DNA from: a virus
Taxonomy: Duplodnaviria; Caudoviricetes
Length of the DNA stretch: 64,000 bases
Virus record (IMG/VR): IMGVR_UViG_3300037361_000044
Location: 32,001 to 96,000 of that record
Reading direction: 5' to 3' (one strand)
The notes under the pieces were generated by a model, which saw nothing but the letters and a program-made list of their open reading frames with translations, was not told the origin of the DNA and searched no databases. The position numbers were made by a program, and so were the translations under genes. Below are positions 63,409 to 64,000 of the stretch, piece by piece; within the stretch, counting starts at the first letter, position 1; each line of letters opens with the position of its first letter.

Positions 63409-64000
63409 GTGAGTGGCGGCTACGGCTCTGGCTGGGGCCTGACCCCGTGGGGCGGCTTTTTGCTGCCGAGCACCGGGGGACCGGTACCGCCCACACCGCC
63501 CGAAGGGTGGGACATCTACGTCTACTACGAGTGGGAAGGGTCGATGGGGGTAATCCTCGACGACCCTAACGTAAGCGTGGTAGGCGGCGCCTTCGAGATC
63601 AGTCTTAGCAGCGACTTGTGCCTACGCAGTGGTGCCCCGTCGCCATCCACCGATGCGTATATGCACCTTGCTGCCCTGGTGCCGGACAGCTACACGTTGC
63701 AAGCCACGTTCGTGTCCGATTGGCTGCCTGTCGACTTCTCCAACCTCATTTACTCGCACTTGTACGTAGGCGCTGCCAATCAAGTGGGCTACGCGGCAGG
63801 GCTGTTCTTCTCTAGCGCGGGTATTGCGTACACCGGGGCGGTGTATCTGACGAGTGGGAACTTGGCCTTGTCTGGTCCCATGCAGGTCATCCCCGGTACC
63901 GCGGGTCTCATCGAGCAGGGGGTGGATTACACCATCCGCATTGCCGTAGATGCCGCTACAACCACTGCCTACATCTTTGTTACGGAGACGCTGCCGCTAG
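63409..64000 (+). CDS. partial virion structural protein (5' end)
   Basis: GAGG RBS plus GTG 63409; MSGGYGSGWGLTPWGG... open to the window end. Confidence 0.7.
   Translation, partial: MSGGYGSGWGLTPWGGFLLPSTGGPVPPTPPEGWDIYVYYEWEGSMGVILDDPNVSVVGGAFEISLSSDLCLRSGAPSPSTDAYMHLAALVPDSYTLQATFVSDWLPVDFSNLIYSHLYVGAANQVGYAAGLFFSSAGIAYTGAVYLTSGNLALSGPMQVIPGTAGLIEQGVDYTIRIAVDAATTTAYIFVTETLPL

Noticed and set aside
1-64000. Genome-wide stop-codon reassignment (TAG read as Gln)
   Set aside because: Many genes end at TAG exactly where the next gene or a terminator begins (e.g. 12360, 30003, 32028, 52228), and the long genes are uninterrupted in the standard code
1-64000. CRISPR array, tRNA or rRNA genes
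   Set aside because: No regularly spaced direct repeats and no cloverleaf with a T-loop consensus found by eye; a tRNAscan run is still advisable
1-64000. Integrase, transposase or prophage boundary
   Set aside because: No recombinase or IS motifs and no block of host housekeeping genes seen

Overview
A 64-kb internal fragment of a large tailed phage genome, probably a contractile-tailed, jumbo-like phage. GC is roughly 58-60% by eye, the genetic code is standard, and I saw no tRNA, rRNA or CRISPR array. Virion and baseplate genes sit at both ends (0.5-2.9 kb and 53.5-64 kb), with one orphan 1027-aa structural gene at 15.9-19 kb. Between them lie about 45 kb of small, tightly overlapping accessory ORFs. 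Recognisable enzymes are an ATP-dependent DNA ligase, a NUDIX hydrolase, a metallophosphoesterase, an S53 peptidase, an SSB-like protein, a HAD nucleotidase, MazG, dCTP deaminase, UDP-galactopyranose mutase with a glycosyltransferase, an FGE-sulfatase-domain protein, an SLT-like muramidase and a peptidoglycan-binding endolysin. Several genes point to a Myxococcota (Polyangiaceae-like) host. The most notable observations are: (1) a PvcA/DIT1 isocyanide-synthase-like gene in its own transcription unit; (2) a bipartite promoter, (G)SAA-N15/16-GGNATAAG-N5-YR, found 15 times before accessory genes, while structural genes carry sigma70-type, often leaderless, -10 promoters; (3) terminators with a conserved TAGCC tail that delimit cassette-like units; (4) accessory ORFs that appear to be stitched together from short, out-of-order snippets of core proteins (family A DNA polymerase motifs and terminase-, tail-fibre- and capsid-like motifs); (5) an AT-rich inverted repeat enclosing G-quadruplex-type tracts at the strand switch (43.6 kb); (6) a candidate sRNA at 53.4 kb. 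All family assignments come from motif recognition by eye; no searches were run.
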